Counted from the stretch's first letter, positions 1-9,127 are shown. The stretch is 58,379 nucleotides of DNA from Bacteroidota bacterium (GCA_039714835.1 JBDLIN010000001.1:1-58379); one strand, 5' to 3'. Numbers and translations: made by a program. Notes: generated by a model not told the origin, from the sequence alone.

Positions 1-109
1 AGTGAACCTTGACAGCCATATAATTATTATAGCTTTCACAGATAAATTGGGAATAATATATTACCTTATCCTTTCACTTTCTTGTCCATCGGTTTTAGAT
101 TCAGATTTT

Positions 110-556
110 TTATGCTTGATCCAATGATACTATCTTTCTTCTCTGAATCACCGTCGTTAGCAATAAAATCCAAGCAATAACTTCTAATCCAGCACAACAA
201 AAAAGAGTTATTGTGGCGATCTGCATATCTGGACCATGCTTTATGTATGATTGAGCTGCGTCATTACAAGCAAATCCTAATATAAAAATGATGAATAAAA
301 GAAGAATGTAAATAGATGTTATTATACAACCTTTACCTTTAACGAAAAGGGCCATAACTACAAGGATAACAGCTACCAAAAGATTAAAGCTGATATTGAG
401 TCCCCAAATGAAGACTATTCTATCATGTTTGACACCTGGATAAGTATCAACTGCAGCCGGCTGAATTACGAACAATGCAATAAGCATTGTAACTGCAACT
501 AAAAGTACTGCGGTAATTAAGTGCATACGTTGCAATAATAAAGGAGTTACTTTCAT
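110..556 (-). CDS. hypothetical small integral membrane protein (about 4 TM helices)
   Basis: 148-aa ORF with hydrophobic segments (LITAVLLVAVTMLIALFVI, LLVAVILVVMALFV, IYILLLFIIFILGFA, LFCCAGLEVIAWILLLTTV). GGAGG lies 5 nt upstream of the ATG. No family motif recognised. Confidence 0.5.
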   Translation of the reverse strand: MKVTPLLLQRMHLITAVLLVAVTMLIALFVIQPAAVDTYPGVKHDRIVFIWGLNISFNLLVAVILVVMALFVKGKGCIITSIYILLLFIIFILGFACNDAAQSYIKHGPDMQIATITLFCCAGLEVIAWILLLTTVIQRRKIVSLDQA

Positions 557-611
557 GATTTCCTCCGAGTTATTTACTGTTATTCCTTAATATGCATATT
601 TGAAACAATTT

Positions 612-641
612 AAATGTCAAAGAATTGTCATATAAATGTCA
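612..641. repeat. three direct repeats AAWTGTCA spaced exactly 11 bp apart (starts 612, 623, 634)
   Basis: Read directly: aaatgtca / aattgtca / aaatgtca. On the minus strand they read TTGACA / ATGACA / ATGACA, 56-85 nt upstream of the ATG at 556. Confidence 0.5.
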
Positions 642-726
642 TTTTATTGTGATCCAAATTCTCCTTAATCACAAGCTGTCATGGTATGGACCATGATAGC
701 CAAAGAAAGGGATGCTCTGTATTCAA

Positions 727-1797
727 TTAACATATTCTAGGTAACTGCTCACCAGAAATCATATCAACAATCCTTTTACTGCCGATTGATGTTTTCATAA
801 CAACTCTACCGGAATGCTCTTCTGTAACTTTACCAATAATTCTAGAGTCAATTCCATATTTGTGATTTTGCATAGCCTCTAACACTTTTTCAGCATCATC
901 TGCATCAACAAATGCTATCAACTTTCCTTCATTTGCGATGTATAAAGGATCCAATCCTAAGATTTCACAAGCACCAATAACCTGTTCATTAATTGGTATA
1001 TCAGCCTCATCAATTTCAATTCCTATATCAGCAGATAATGCAATTTCATTAAGTGTACTTGAGAGTCCTCCTCTTGTGACATCTCGCATCATTTTTATTT
1101 TTTCAGAAGTATTGAGCATTGAATCAACAAGTCCATTTAAAGGTGCAGTATCACTAAGAATTTCAGTTTCGAATTCTAATCCTTGACGAGCTGACATGAT
1201 TGCAATTCCATGATCACCGATTTTACCGCTTAATATAATTACATCACCTGGTCTACAGTTAAGAGGTGAAATATTTAAATCATTATTTACAATCCCTACA
1301 CCGCTTGTGTTGATGAAGACTTTATCTCCTTTCCCTCTCTCAACGACTTTTGTATCACCTGTAACTATCTCCACTCCGGCTTTATCCGCAGCTTCTTTCA
1401 TAGAAACAACTATCTTCCATAGGTCGTCAAAGGGTAGTCCTTCCTCAATAATAAAACCAGTTGATAAATACATTGGTTTTGCTCCAGCAACAGCTAAATC
1501 GTTAACAGTTCCGTTTACAGCAAGTTCACCAATATTACCTCCAGGGAAAAAGATTGGCTGCACGACATACGAGTCAGTAGTAAACGCTAATTTTTCTTTT
1601 CCAATATTGAATACAGCACTGTCATTTTGTTCATTCAAAAAACCATTGTCAAATTGCGAAACAAAAATTTTTTCAATTAGTTGATGTGTTAGTTTCCCAC
1701 CCCCTCCATGAGCAAGAAGTACTTTTTCATATTCGCTTTTAGGTATTGGACAGGAGATCATAAAGTTAGCCTCTAACAATAGTTTATGTAAGTTCAT
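727..1797 (-). CDS. hypE: [NiFe] hydrogenase maturation protein HypE (carbamoyl dehydratase)
   Basis: AIR-synthase-like fold motifs (LLAHGGGG, DDLAVAGAKP) and the diagnostic C-terminal PRIC. The true start is probably the internal Met at 1761 (MISCPIP...), because the first 12 codons lie in the AAAGT repeat region. Confidence 0.9.
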   Translation of the reverse strand: MNLHKLLLEANFMISCPIPKSEYEKVLLAHGGGGKLTHQLIEKIFVSQFDNGFLNEQNDSAVFNIGKEKLAFTTDSYVVQPIFFPGGNIGELAVNGTVNDLAVAGAKPMYLSTGFIIEEGLPFDDLWKIVVSMKEAADKAGVEIVTGDTKVVERGKGDKVFINTSGVGIVNNDLNISPLNCRPGDVIILSGKIGDHGIAIMSARQGLEFETEILSDTAPLNGLVDSMLNTSEKIKMMRDVTRGGLSSTLNEIALSADIGIEIDEADIPINEQVIGACEILGLDPLYIANEGKLIAFVDADDAEKVLEAMQNHKYGIDSRIIGKVTEEHSGRVVMKTSIGSKRIVDMISGEQLPRIC

Positions 1798-1917
1798 AAA
1801 GTTGTAAAGTCCGTAAAGTTGCTAAGTGACTAAAGTCCGAAAAGTTGAAAATATTTTATTCATTCTTTTTAACTTTAATATACTTCTAACTTTAGCTCAC
1901 TTTTTATTTTAGTCACT
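1798..1917. repeat. dyad-symmetric cluster of short repeats (TAAAGTY x6 on the left, AACTTTA-type x5 on the right) between hypD and hypE
   Basis: Read directly: aaagttg-taaagtccg-taaagttgc-taagtgac-taaagtccg-aaaagttg ... aactttaat ... aactttagctcac ... ttttagtcac. gtgactaaagt (1826..1836) is complementary to attttagtcac (1906..1916) at 10 of 11 positions. Confidence 0.6.
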
Positions 1918-3051
1918 TTAATTTACTTTGAACTTTAGTTCACTTCTTTTATAAGAAAAATATGCTGCACAAGCTCCTTCAGCTGAAACCATAGGGGCTC
2001 CCAAAGGATGTTCCGGTGTACAGCCAACTCCAAATTCGGAACATTCAAAAGGTTTATTCTTCCCTTGTAAAATCGATCCTGCAATACAAGATTCCGGTTC
2101 TTTGACTCTTAAATCTTTAATATCAAATATCTTTTCTGCATCAAAACTAGAGTATTCATTTTTAATACCATACCCGCTTTGGGGAATTACTCCAATCCCC
2201 CGCCATTTCATATCAATAACTTGGTAGACAGAAAACATTGTGTTTTTTGCAGATAAATTTCCATTTATTGAAACTACTCTGCTATATTGATTCTCAAGTT
2301 TAGCCCTTCCCTCTTCAAGTTGCTTGACGACCATGTACACACCTTGCATTATATCAACAGGTTCAAATCCTGTAACTACAATGGGAACATTGAACTTATC
2401 AACTAAAGGTTGATATTCACTGTATCCCATTACAGTGCAAACATGGCCCGCTGCAAGAAATCCATCAATTACTGCTGTATTATCAGAAAGTAAAGCATTG
2501 ATTGCCGGCGGGACGATGACATGAGATACAAGTAAAGAGAAATTTTTAATACCCCTACGTTTTGCTTCTATGACTGATGCTGCATTTGCCGGTGCTGTTG
2601 TTTCAAATCCAATAGCGAAGAACACAATATTCTTATTAGGATTTTCCTCTGCAATTTTAACTGCATCAAGAGGAGAATAAACCATTCTTACATCTGCTCC
2701 ATTTGCCTTCACACTTAGTAGATCATCCTTGGAACCTGGGACACGCATCATATCTCCATATGTTGTAAATATTATATCTTTGCGTGAAGCTAAGATTATT
2801 GCTTTGTCAATCTTCTCTATTGGCGTTACACAAACTGGGCAACCCGGACCGTGAATTAGTGTGATATCATCTGGTAATAATTCCTCAATACTATATTTCA
2901 TTATTGAATGTGTTTGTCCACCGCAAATTTCCATTATTGACCAAGGTTTAGTTGTTACCTCTTCAATTTTTGTTTTGAGATTTTGGACTAATAAAGCGTC
3001 TCTATATTCTTTAATGTATTTCATATGATAATTATCCATCATCTTTGTCAT
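1918..3051 (-). CDS. hypD: [NiFe] hydrogenase maturation protein HypD
   Basis: [10 protein letters not shown]-terminus, GPGCPVCV motif, C-terminal Cys-rich region (GACAAYF). The first ATG of the ORF (3049..3051) lies inside the inverted-repeat element, so the likely true start is the Met at 3024 (MKYIKEYRD). Confidence 0.9.
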   Translation of the reverse strand: MTKMMDNYHMKYIKEYRDALLVQNLKTKIEEVTTKPWSIMEICGGQTHSIMKYSIEELLPDDITLIHGPGCPVCVTPIEKIDKAIILASRKDIIFTTYGDMMRVPGSKDDLLSVKANGADVRMVYSPLDAVKIAEENPNKNIVFFAIGFETTAPANAASVIEAKRRGIKNFSLLVSHVIVPPAINALLSDNTAVIDGFLAAGHVCTVMGYSEYQPLVDKFNVPIVVTGFEPVDIMQGVYMVVKQLEEGRAKLENQYSRVVSINGNLSAKNTMFSVYQVIDMKWRGIGVIPQSGYGIKNEYSSFDAEKIFDIKDLRVKEPESCIAGSILQGKNKPFECSEFGVGCTPEHPLGAPMVSAEGACAAYFSYKRSELKFKVN

Positions 3052-3121
3052 TCTCGAATGAATTTATCGGGAATCGACAATATATCAGTAGATTCCGGCT
3101 AGAAAATTGCCGGAATGACAG
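3046..3121 (-). mobile_element. MITE-like 76-bp two-hairpin element with terminal inverted repeats TGTCATTC...GAATGACA(G)
   Basis: Contains ATTCCGGC-tagaaaatt-GCCGGAAT (perfect 8-bp stem) and an imperfect ATTCTCGA...TCGGGAAT hairpin. Its reverse complement aligns end to end with the element at 44022..44130. Confidence 0.5.
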
Positions 3122-3157
3122 TGTTTAATAACCATTCTTTTGTGCATAAACCATTTG

Positions 3158-3174
3158 AATGTATTTCATATGAT
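3158..3174. repeat. 17-bp perfect direct duplicate of the hypD start region (partner at 3013..3029)
   Basis: aatgtatttcatatgat occurs at 3013..3029 and 3158..3174, bracketing the MITE-like element. The distal copy retains ATG AAA TAC ATT (MKYI) followed by a 14-codon dead-end ORF. Confidence 0.7.
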
Positions 3175-3183
3175 TATTTGTAG

Positions 3184-3203
3184 AACGAATCTCCTGATTC
3201 GTT
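3184..3203 (-). other. perfect 8-bp stem / 4-nt loop hairpin in the hypC-hypD spacer
   Basis: AACGAATC-tcct-GATTCGTT read directly. Function unknown. Confidence 0.35.
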
Positions 3204-3242
3204 TATCTATTTATAGGAGCAATTCAGGAGAATCGCTTTATA

Positions 3243-3473
3243 TCAAATCTCTCCCATTTCCTTAATCATTCTAATTGTTTCTTGTGCATCTTCTTCATCT
3301 ATTTTATTTAATGCAAAACCTACATGTGCTAATACATATTCCCCAACCTTTGGTTTGTCAATCCATTGAATACAAATATCTTTTAAAACACCAGCAAAAT
3401 TCACTTTTGCCATTTTCAATTCTGGTTTACTATCATCAATCGATACGATTTTACCTGGAACTGCTAAACACAT
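3243..3473 (-). CDS. hypC: [NiFe] hydrogenase maturation chaperone HypC
   Basis: 76 aa with the canonical MCLAVPGKIV N-terminus (essential Cys2). Confidence 0.9.
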   Translation of the reverse strand: MCLAVPGKIVSIDDSKPELKMAKVNFAGVLKDICIQWIDKPKVGEYVLAHVGFALNKIDEEDAQETIRMIKEMGEI

Positions 3474-3482
3474 AAAAATCTC

Positions 3483-5801
3483 CTAAGAATTTACATAAGC
3501 GTTTTGGTGTATTTTTAATGTACTCAAATCAAAATCTACATATTTCGTATTCGCTGCTGCAATTTGTCCCAATGCAATCCCGCCATCATTTGTAGGAACT
3601 CTTTGATGTATATAGACCTTACGATTATTGCTTTCCAACAATTCAATAGTTTTCTCAACCAAATAAATATTCTGAAAACAACCACCACTTAAGATAACTT
3701 TCTCTTCTCCAACTAACTGTGCGACATCCAATATTATCCTGGATAGAGTATTATGAAATTTTGTTGATATTTCAGAAATAGTAATCCCCATATTCAACTC
3801 AGATAAGATTGATTCTATCATTTTACTCCAATCAATCAGAATTTTTTCATTTTCAATTAACTCAAATTGATACTCTCCTGATATATTTTTATCAACTAGA
3901 AATTCTAATTTCATTGCTGACTGACCTTCATAGTTCGAAATACTTGAAACTCCGAGCAATGCTGAGACTGCATCAAATAATCTACCTACACTTGAGGTTT
4001 TTGGTGAGTTAATGTTTTTATTCAGCATTGATCTTAATATCTCTGTTTCATTGCTTGTAAAAGTGAGTTCTTCAATTAAGACATAGTTATTAAAGACATT
4101 CTCCCCGTACAGCTCATATAAAGCACCTAGAGCTGCTCGTCGGGCTTCTTTAATAGCCTTCTCCCCACCAGGCAAAGGGAATTGTTTAAATTGTGCGATA
4201 TGACTGAATTCATTTTCATTAGAGATGAAAAACTCTCCTCCCCAAATAGTATTATCGAAGCCATAACCAGTACCGTCCCATGCAACTCCTAACGCACTAC
4301 CGGTTACTTGGTTCTCGGCTCGGCATGATGCAACATGTGCATAATGATGCTGTATAGGTTTACATTTCCCTTCTGACAATTTTGCAAATAATGTCGATAA
4401 ATACTCAGGGTGCAGATCACAGATTATTTCTGAAGGTTCGGATTCATAAAGTCTTTCAAAATCATCAATGACTTTAATAAAAGCACTATAAGCAGACTCT
4501 GTTGAGAGATCACCTATATGTTGACTAACAAATACGTTTTCGTTTAGTTTTAATGCAATACTATTTTTTAGATGTCCTCCAACTGCTAGAATTGATTTTT
4601 GACTTTTATCTTCACTTAAATGAATTGGTAATGGAGCATATCCTCTAGCCCTTCTTAAAACCATTTCTCTACCTAGGACAACTCTAACAATTGAATCATC
4701 AACTTGTCTTACAATTGGTCTGTTATGAATTAAAAAATAATCTGCAATGCCAGTCAGTTTTTCAAATGCTTCTTTTTCATCAATACATATAGGTTCTTCA
4801 GATATGTTCCCACTTGTTGCAACTATTGGTAAATCAAGATTATTCAACAGTAAATGATGTATCGGAGTATAGGGCAGCATAATTCCAAGATAAGGATTCC
4901 CAGGAGCAACTGATTCAGCAACATCTGTGGAATTTTCATCTTTCCTTTTTAGTAAAACAATTGGAGATTCTGGTGATTGGAGAACTCTTTTCTCAAATTC
5001 AGACACATCGCAAGCTTCATTAATACTGTCGATCGAAGGGAACATTAATGCAAACGGTTTTTCATCTCTGTGTTTTCTTTCTCTTAACTGTTTAACTGCA
5101 TCATCATTTCTTGCGTCAACAATAAGTTGGTAACCTCCCAATCCTTTTAATGCAATGATTTTTCCTTCACGTACTTTATCAGCAGTTAGATCAATTGCTG
5201 AATTGCCAACCACCTTCTCCCCTTCACTACTGATCAGCTCAACTTGTGGTCCGCATTTTGGACATGCAGTTGGCTGAGCATGAAATCTACGATCCAATGG
5301 ATTCTCATATTCTGCTTGACATTCCTCACACATTATAAATTCTTTCATTGAAGTATTTGGACGATCATAAGGAAGAGATTCAATAATAGAAAATCGAGGT
5401 CCGCAGTTCGTGCAATTAATGAAAGGATAATGATACCTCCTATTTGAGGAATTATTCATCTCTTGTAAGCAATCTTCACAAACTGCAATATCCGGGAGTA
5501 TTATTGTTGATTTTTCATCTTCGCATTTACTATCAATGATTTTAAATTCTTCGAATCCAATCGAATCTAAAAATGAAAATTCCATTCCACTGATAAATGA
5601 AAGTTCAGGTTTTTCTTTTTCAATTTTTAAGATGAATTCTTCAAGAATATGTTTATCCCCTTCAGCCTCAATAAAAACTCCTTGTGATGAATTATAAACA
5701 AATCCTTTTAAATCAAGGTTTGCAGCAAGTCGGTATATAAAAGGGCGAAAACCAACTCCCTGTACAGCTCCTCGAATATTTATTTTTGCTCTGGTTATCA
5801 T
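3483..5801 (-). CDS. hypF: carbamoyltransferase HypF
   Basis: 772 aa. Acylphosphatase-like N-terminus (VQGVGFRPFIYRLA), two CxxC-x18-CxxC zinc fingers, YrdC-like and Kae1-like C-terminal domains. Confidence 0.92.
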   Translation of the reverse strand: MITRAKINIRGAVQGVGFRPFIYRLAANLDLKGFVYNSSQGVFIEAEGDKHILEEFILKIEKEKPELSFISGMEFSFLDSIGFEEFKIIDSKCEDEKSTIILPDIAVCEDCLQEMNNSSNRRYHYPFINCTNCGPRFSIIESLPYDRPNTSMKEFIMCEECQAEYENPLDRRFHAQPTACPKCGPQVELISSEGEKVVGNSAIDLTADKVREGKIIALKGLGGYQLIVDARNDDAVKQLRERKHRDEKPFALMFPSIDSINEACDVSEFEKRVLQSPESPIVLLKRKDENSTDVAESVAPGNPYLGIMLPYTPIHHLLLNNLDLPIVATSGNISEEPICIDEKEAFEKLTGIADYFLIHNRPIVRQVDDSIVRVVLGREMVLRRARGYAPLPIHLSEDKSQKSILAVGGHLKNSIALKLNENVFVSQHIGDLSTESAYSAFIKVIDDFERLYESEPSEIICDLHPEYLSTLFAKLSEGKCKPIQHHYAHVASCRAENQVTGSALGVAWDGTGYGFDNTIWGGEFFISNENEFSHIAQFKQFPLPGGEKAIKEARRAALGALYELYGENVFNNYVLIEELTFTSNETEILRSMLNKNINSPKTSSVGRLFDAVSALLGVSSISNYEGQSAMKLEFLVDKNISGEYQFELIENEKILIDWSKMIESILSELNMGITISEISTKFHNTLSRIILDVAQLVGEEKVILSGGCFQNIYLVEKTIELLESNNRKVYIHQRVPTNDGGIALGQIAAANTKYVDFDLSTLKIHQNAYVNS

Positions 5802-6454
5802 TTGTTATTAATATTTTGTAAAAACCATTCTACCCATTCATCAATTCCCTCGCCGGTTCTACAAGAAACTGTGAAAATCTTTGCAGTTGGATTAACCTCT
5901 TGTACATTATTTTTTAATTCATCAAGACTAACACCAGAGTATGGAATTAGATCAATTTTATTTAAAAGGACTACATCAACCGTATGAAACATAACCGGAT
6001 ATTTCTTTGGCTTTTCTGCTCCCTCAACAACACTGAAAACCATTACTTTTAATTTTTCACCTAACTCAAAATCTGCCGGACAAACCAAATTCCCAACATT
6101 TTCAATAAACAGTAAATCGTTTCCTTCCAGATTAAAATCATGAAGTGCGTTGTGGATCATTCTTGCATCAAGATGACACACTGTTCCAGTGGTAATTTGA
6201 TATGATGGAACATCAAGTGCTTTGATCCTATCAGAGTCTATGGATGTTTGTAAATCACCTTCAATAACAGAAATTTTAAATTGACCATTTATTTTTTTTA
6301 TTGTTTCTTCTAAGACAGAGGTTTTCCCTGCTCCAGGAGCAGACATAAAATTCGTGACGTGTAAATTATACTTTTCAAATAGTTTTTTGTTCACTTCTGC
6401 AAGTCTACTATTTTCTTGAAGAATTTGACTATTTACATCTATTATATGCATCAC
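5798..6454 (-). CDS. hypB: hydrogenase nickel-incorporation GTPase HypB
   Basis: P-loop SAPGAGKTS, NKIDL G4 motif, 218 aa. The stop overlaps the hypF start by 4 nt (ATGA). Confidence 0.9.
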   Translation of the reverse strand: MMHIIDVNSQILQENSRLAEVNKKLFEKYNLHVTNFMSAPGAGKTSVLEETIKKINGQFKISVIEGDLQTSIDSDRIKALDVPSYQITTGTVCHLDARMIHNALHDFNLEGNDLLFIENVGNLVCPADFELGEKLKVMVFSVVEGAEKPKKYPVMFHTVDVVLLNKIDLIPYSGVSLDELKNNVQEVNPTAKIFTVSCRTGEGIDEWVEWFLQNINNK

Positions 6455-6476
6455 TACCTCATTTTCAAAAATATTA

Positions 6477-6533
6477 CACAGAGTTCACAAAGAAGACACA
6501 GATTTATCTGCTGATAGGCAGAGAATCACAGAG
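6477..6533. repeat. CACAGAG/CACAAAG short-repeat cluster plus a 5-bp hairpin in the hypB-hypA spacer
   Basis: cacagag-tt-cacaaag-aaga-cacagat ... TCTGC-tgatag-GCAGA ... cacagag. ttcacaaagaagacaca resembles ttcacaaaggacaca at 49220. Confidence 0.5.
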
Positions 6534-6538
6534 TAAAA

Positions 6539-6880
6539 CTATTCCACATCAATAAAATCTATCCGCATTTCTTTTCCTTCAACAATATCTAATGTCTTAC
6601 CACAATTAGGACATAAGAAATAAGATTCATTTTGTCCAATAAATGTCTTATCACATTCTTGACAAAATGTTTTAAGTTTTATTGTCTCTATTTCGAATTT
6701 AGCATCATGAGCTACTGTGTTTTTTTTTATAATATCTAAAGCAAATTCAAGTGCTTCTTTTACAATACCGGTGAATTCACCAATAATAAGTTTAACTCTG
6801 TTTACAGTTGACGCGCTGTTATTCTTTACTTCATTTTCAATTATTTCTAAAATATTTTGAGCTATACCTACTTCATGCAT
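6539..6880 (-). CDS. hypA: hydrogenase nickel metallochaperone HypA
   Basis: MHE N-terminal Ni site, CQEC...CPNC zinc site, 113 aa. Confidence 0.9.
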   Translation of the reverse strand: MHEVGIAQNILEIIENEVKNNSASTVNRVKLIIGEFTGIVKEALEFALDIIKKNTVAHDAKFEIETIKLKTFCQECDKTFIGQNESYFLCPNCGKTLDIVEGKEMRIDFIDVE

Positions 6881-6915
6881 ATAGATCTCATGATAATTTG
6901 ACTAATCAAAGAAAG

Positions 6916-7626
6916 CTAAAGCCCTAAAAACTGAATACTTATTCCACATAATAAAACTGAAATGCCTGCTAATGTATGTATGTGGTTCTGCACTCTACGT
7001 AAAGGGAAATAATTCAATCCATAAATTCCTATAAAAACCATTACTTGCATTGTTATTAATGTAGCCAATGAAAATATTGAAGCAACTGCAATGACTACTA
7101 CAATGTTGAGACTAGCCGCTGGATAAATTAGTAAAGGGATCAAAGGTTCACACGGACCTAAAACAAACACAATAAAAATTAACCAAGGCGTTAGTTTTCT
7201 GCTTTCTGAAATATGTATATGAGAATGATCTGTTCTGTGGCTATGTTTATGAGTATGGACAGCACCATCCATGTGGATATGCATATGTGAATGAGTCCTA
7301 TTCCTTTGAGATTGTTTCAATCCCCATACAGCATACAGTAATCCAAATGAAATTAACAACCAACCAGCAATATCAGCTCTGAATGATTCTATACTTTCTA
7401 ATGAAAATAACGATGCACCTACCACAAAACCAGCAACACCAATGATAATTGAAGAAATCACATGGCCAGCACCACAAACTAATGTTATAATAGCTGTTTT
7501 AAAATTAGTCCATTTTTCAGACTTTGATAAGACAATGAAAGGAATATAATGGTCGGGGCCTAATGCAGTATGCATAAAACCGATTGATGCAGCAGTAACT
7601 AACAATATTATCAGTTCGGTATTCAT
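6916..7626 (-). CDS. NicO/RcnA-family nickel/cobalt transporter with His-rich loop
   Basis: About 6 TM helices. Architecture matches E. coli RcnA: HTALGPDH in TM1 (cf. HGLEPGH), central loop HSHMHIHMDGAVHTHKHSHRTDHSHIH, then LGPCEP (cf. GGLIPCP). Confidence 0.7.
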   Translation of the reverse strand: MNTELIILLVTAASIGFMHTALGPDHYIPFIVLSKSEKWTNFKTAIITLVCGAGHVISSIIIGVAGFVVGASLFSLESIESFRADIAGWLLISFGLLYAVWGLKQSQRNRTHSHMHIHMDGAVHTHKHSHRTDHSHIHISESRKLTPWLIFIVFVLGPCEPLIPLLIYPAASLNIVVVIAVASIFSLATLITMQVMVFIGIYGLNYFPLRRVQNHIHTLAGISVLLCGISIQFLGL

Positions 7627-7645
7627 TTGATTGCCAAATTAATAT

Positions 7646-9127
7646 CTATATAAATCTCCTTTTGCAGTCAATTAAGTTTTTATCTGAATCGTATATATTT
7701 AACTCTAAAGGCATCTGACCAGGTAAAGTATGAGTAGCACATCCAAAACATGGATCGTACGCACGGAAAGCCATCTCGATCATATTGAGTGTTCCATCCG
7801 TTACTTCAACACCTTTCTTAATCAATCCCTGTGCTGCTTTTTTTATTGACATAGAAATTGGAGCATGATTATTCGTTGTCCCAACAATTAGATTTGCTTT
7901 TTTAACTATTCCGTTCTCATCTGTAATATAATGATGAGTTAAAGTTCCACGAGGAGCTTCAACAATCCCAATTCCTTCATGTGGAGTATCAGTTGGCAGG
8001 ACACGATAATTTTTCGAAGTAATTTCAGGATCATTAATTAACTCATTTGCTCTTTCGGCCGCATACATCAGTTCTATTACTCTAGCCCAATGTGTTGCGA
8101 GCGTATGATGAACAGGTATATTGCCTGAACTATCTCCGGTTAGGGTTTCATAGTATTTTTCATATTCAGCTTGAGCAAGAGGTGTTGCCATACCATCCGA
8201 TGCGTTTAATCGAGACTGAGGTGTAGCCCGATATACTCCACTGTCCATTCCATCAACAAATCCTTTCCATCCAATATTTTTTAGGTATGGATATTTTAAA
8301 TAATTCCATTTTTCAGTATGTTCAGCAATATGTTCTCTATATTCATTAGGTCCATATTTGCAAAATTCATTTCCTTCAGGATCCACAACACGAACTTTAC
8401 CGTCATAAAAATTCACCTTATTGTTTTCGTCAACTAATCCCATTGAATATGTTTTATGCGTGTAGGTGTCTGAAACTATAAGATCAACATATGCTGAGTT
8501 TTTCAATACAATATCTTCAAACACTTGAAAAGTAAATTTTCCAAACTCGATGAAATATTTTAGATCTTCTGCAAATTTATCTCGTTCTTCTTCACTTAAC
8601 CCGCGTGATACTCCTCCCGGTAATGAAGTAACTTGATGGATCTTTTTACCACCTAATGTTTGAATTATATTTTGTGCTAACGATCGAAGTTTAATGACCT
8701 TTTTCCCAGCTTCTAAACCTACTTTGTTAATCACACCTAGCAAATTTCTTTCAGCAGGAGGTGCATCAGGTCCAACAACGAAATCGGGACCGCCGAGCGC
8801 ATAAAAGTGAACTGTATGATCAGCAGTGAAAAATGTTGAATACAAAAGCTCACGTAATTTTTTCGCTGCAGAAGGGATTTGAACATTATATACTGCATCA
8901 CAAGCTTTTGCCGAAGCCATATGATGTGCTTCAGGACAAACTCCGCAAATTCTTGTTGTGATCCTGGGCATATCCTCAACCGGTCTACCCTGAGAAAACT
9001 TCTCAAATCCTCTCAGTTCCGGAATTATGAAATAACAATTCTCAACCCCACCATCCTCATTTAAAAATATATCTATCTTTCCATGTCCTTCAAGTCGAGT
9101 TATCGGATCAATTTTTATTCGCTTCAT
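7646..9127 (-). CDS. mvhA: [NiFe] hydrogenase large subunit, group 3c (MvhA-like)
   Basis: N-terminal RICGVCPEAHH and C-terminal DPCFGCATH metal-binding motifs, with a 27-aa C-terminal extension for protease processing. Adjacent to mvhG/mvhD/hdrABC. Confidence 0.88.
   Translation of the reverse strand: MKRIKIDPITRLEGHGKIDIFLNEDGGVENCYFIIPELRGFEKFSQGRPVEDMPRITTRICGVCPEAHHMASAKACDAVYNVQIPSAAKKLRELLYSTFFTADHTVHFYALGGPDFVVGPDAPPAERNLLGVINKVGLEAGKKVIKLRSLAQNIIQTLGGKKIHQVTSLPGGVSRGLSEEERDKFAEDLKYFIEFGKFTFQVFEDIVLKNSAYVDLIVSDTYTHKTYSMGLVDENNKVNFYDGKVRVVDPEGNEFCKYGPNEYREHIAEHTEKWNYLKYPYLKNIGWKGFVDGMDSGVYRATPQSRLNASDGMATPLAQAEYEKYYETLTGDSSGNIPVHHTLATHWARVIELMYAAERANELINDPEITSKNYRVLPTDTPHEGIGIVEAPRGTLTHHYITDENGIVKKANLIVGTTNNHAPISMSIKKAAQGLIKKGVEVTDGTLNMIEMAFRAYDPCFGCATHTLPGQMPLELNIYDSDKNLIDCKRRFI

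Noticed and set aside
938-1684. Plus-strand ORFs (938..1186, 1307..1684) antisense to hypE. Similar antisense ORFs in the track include 21746..22159, 38843..39266, 45115..45372, 47776..48120, 51723..52795 and 57675..57857.
   Set aside because: They lie entirely inside well-supported genes on the opposite strand and have low-complexity Ser/Ile/Phe-rich translations. They have no motifs and no RBS context. They are typical shadow ORFs of AT-rich DNA.
7193-7290. His-codon-rich stretch in the NicO transporter gene, considered as a possible DNA tandem repeat or slippage tract.
   Set aside because: The cat/cac codons are interspersed with varied codons and there is no regular nucleotide period. 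It is a protein-level His-rich loop.
8737-9006. Same-strand, out-of-frame nested ORFs (8737..9006 in mvhA, 9345..9545 in mvhG, 13122..13319 in hdrA, 27481..27753, 29077..29349, 31435..31653).
   Set aside because: The host frames carry conserved family motifs across these stretches. The nested translations are featureless.
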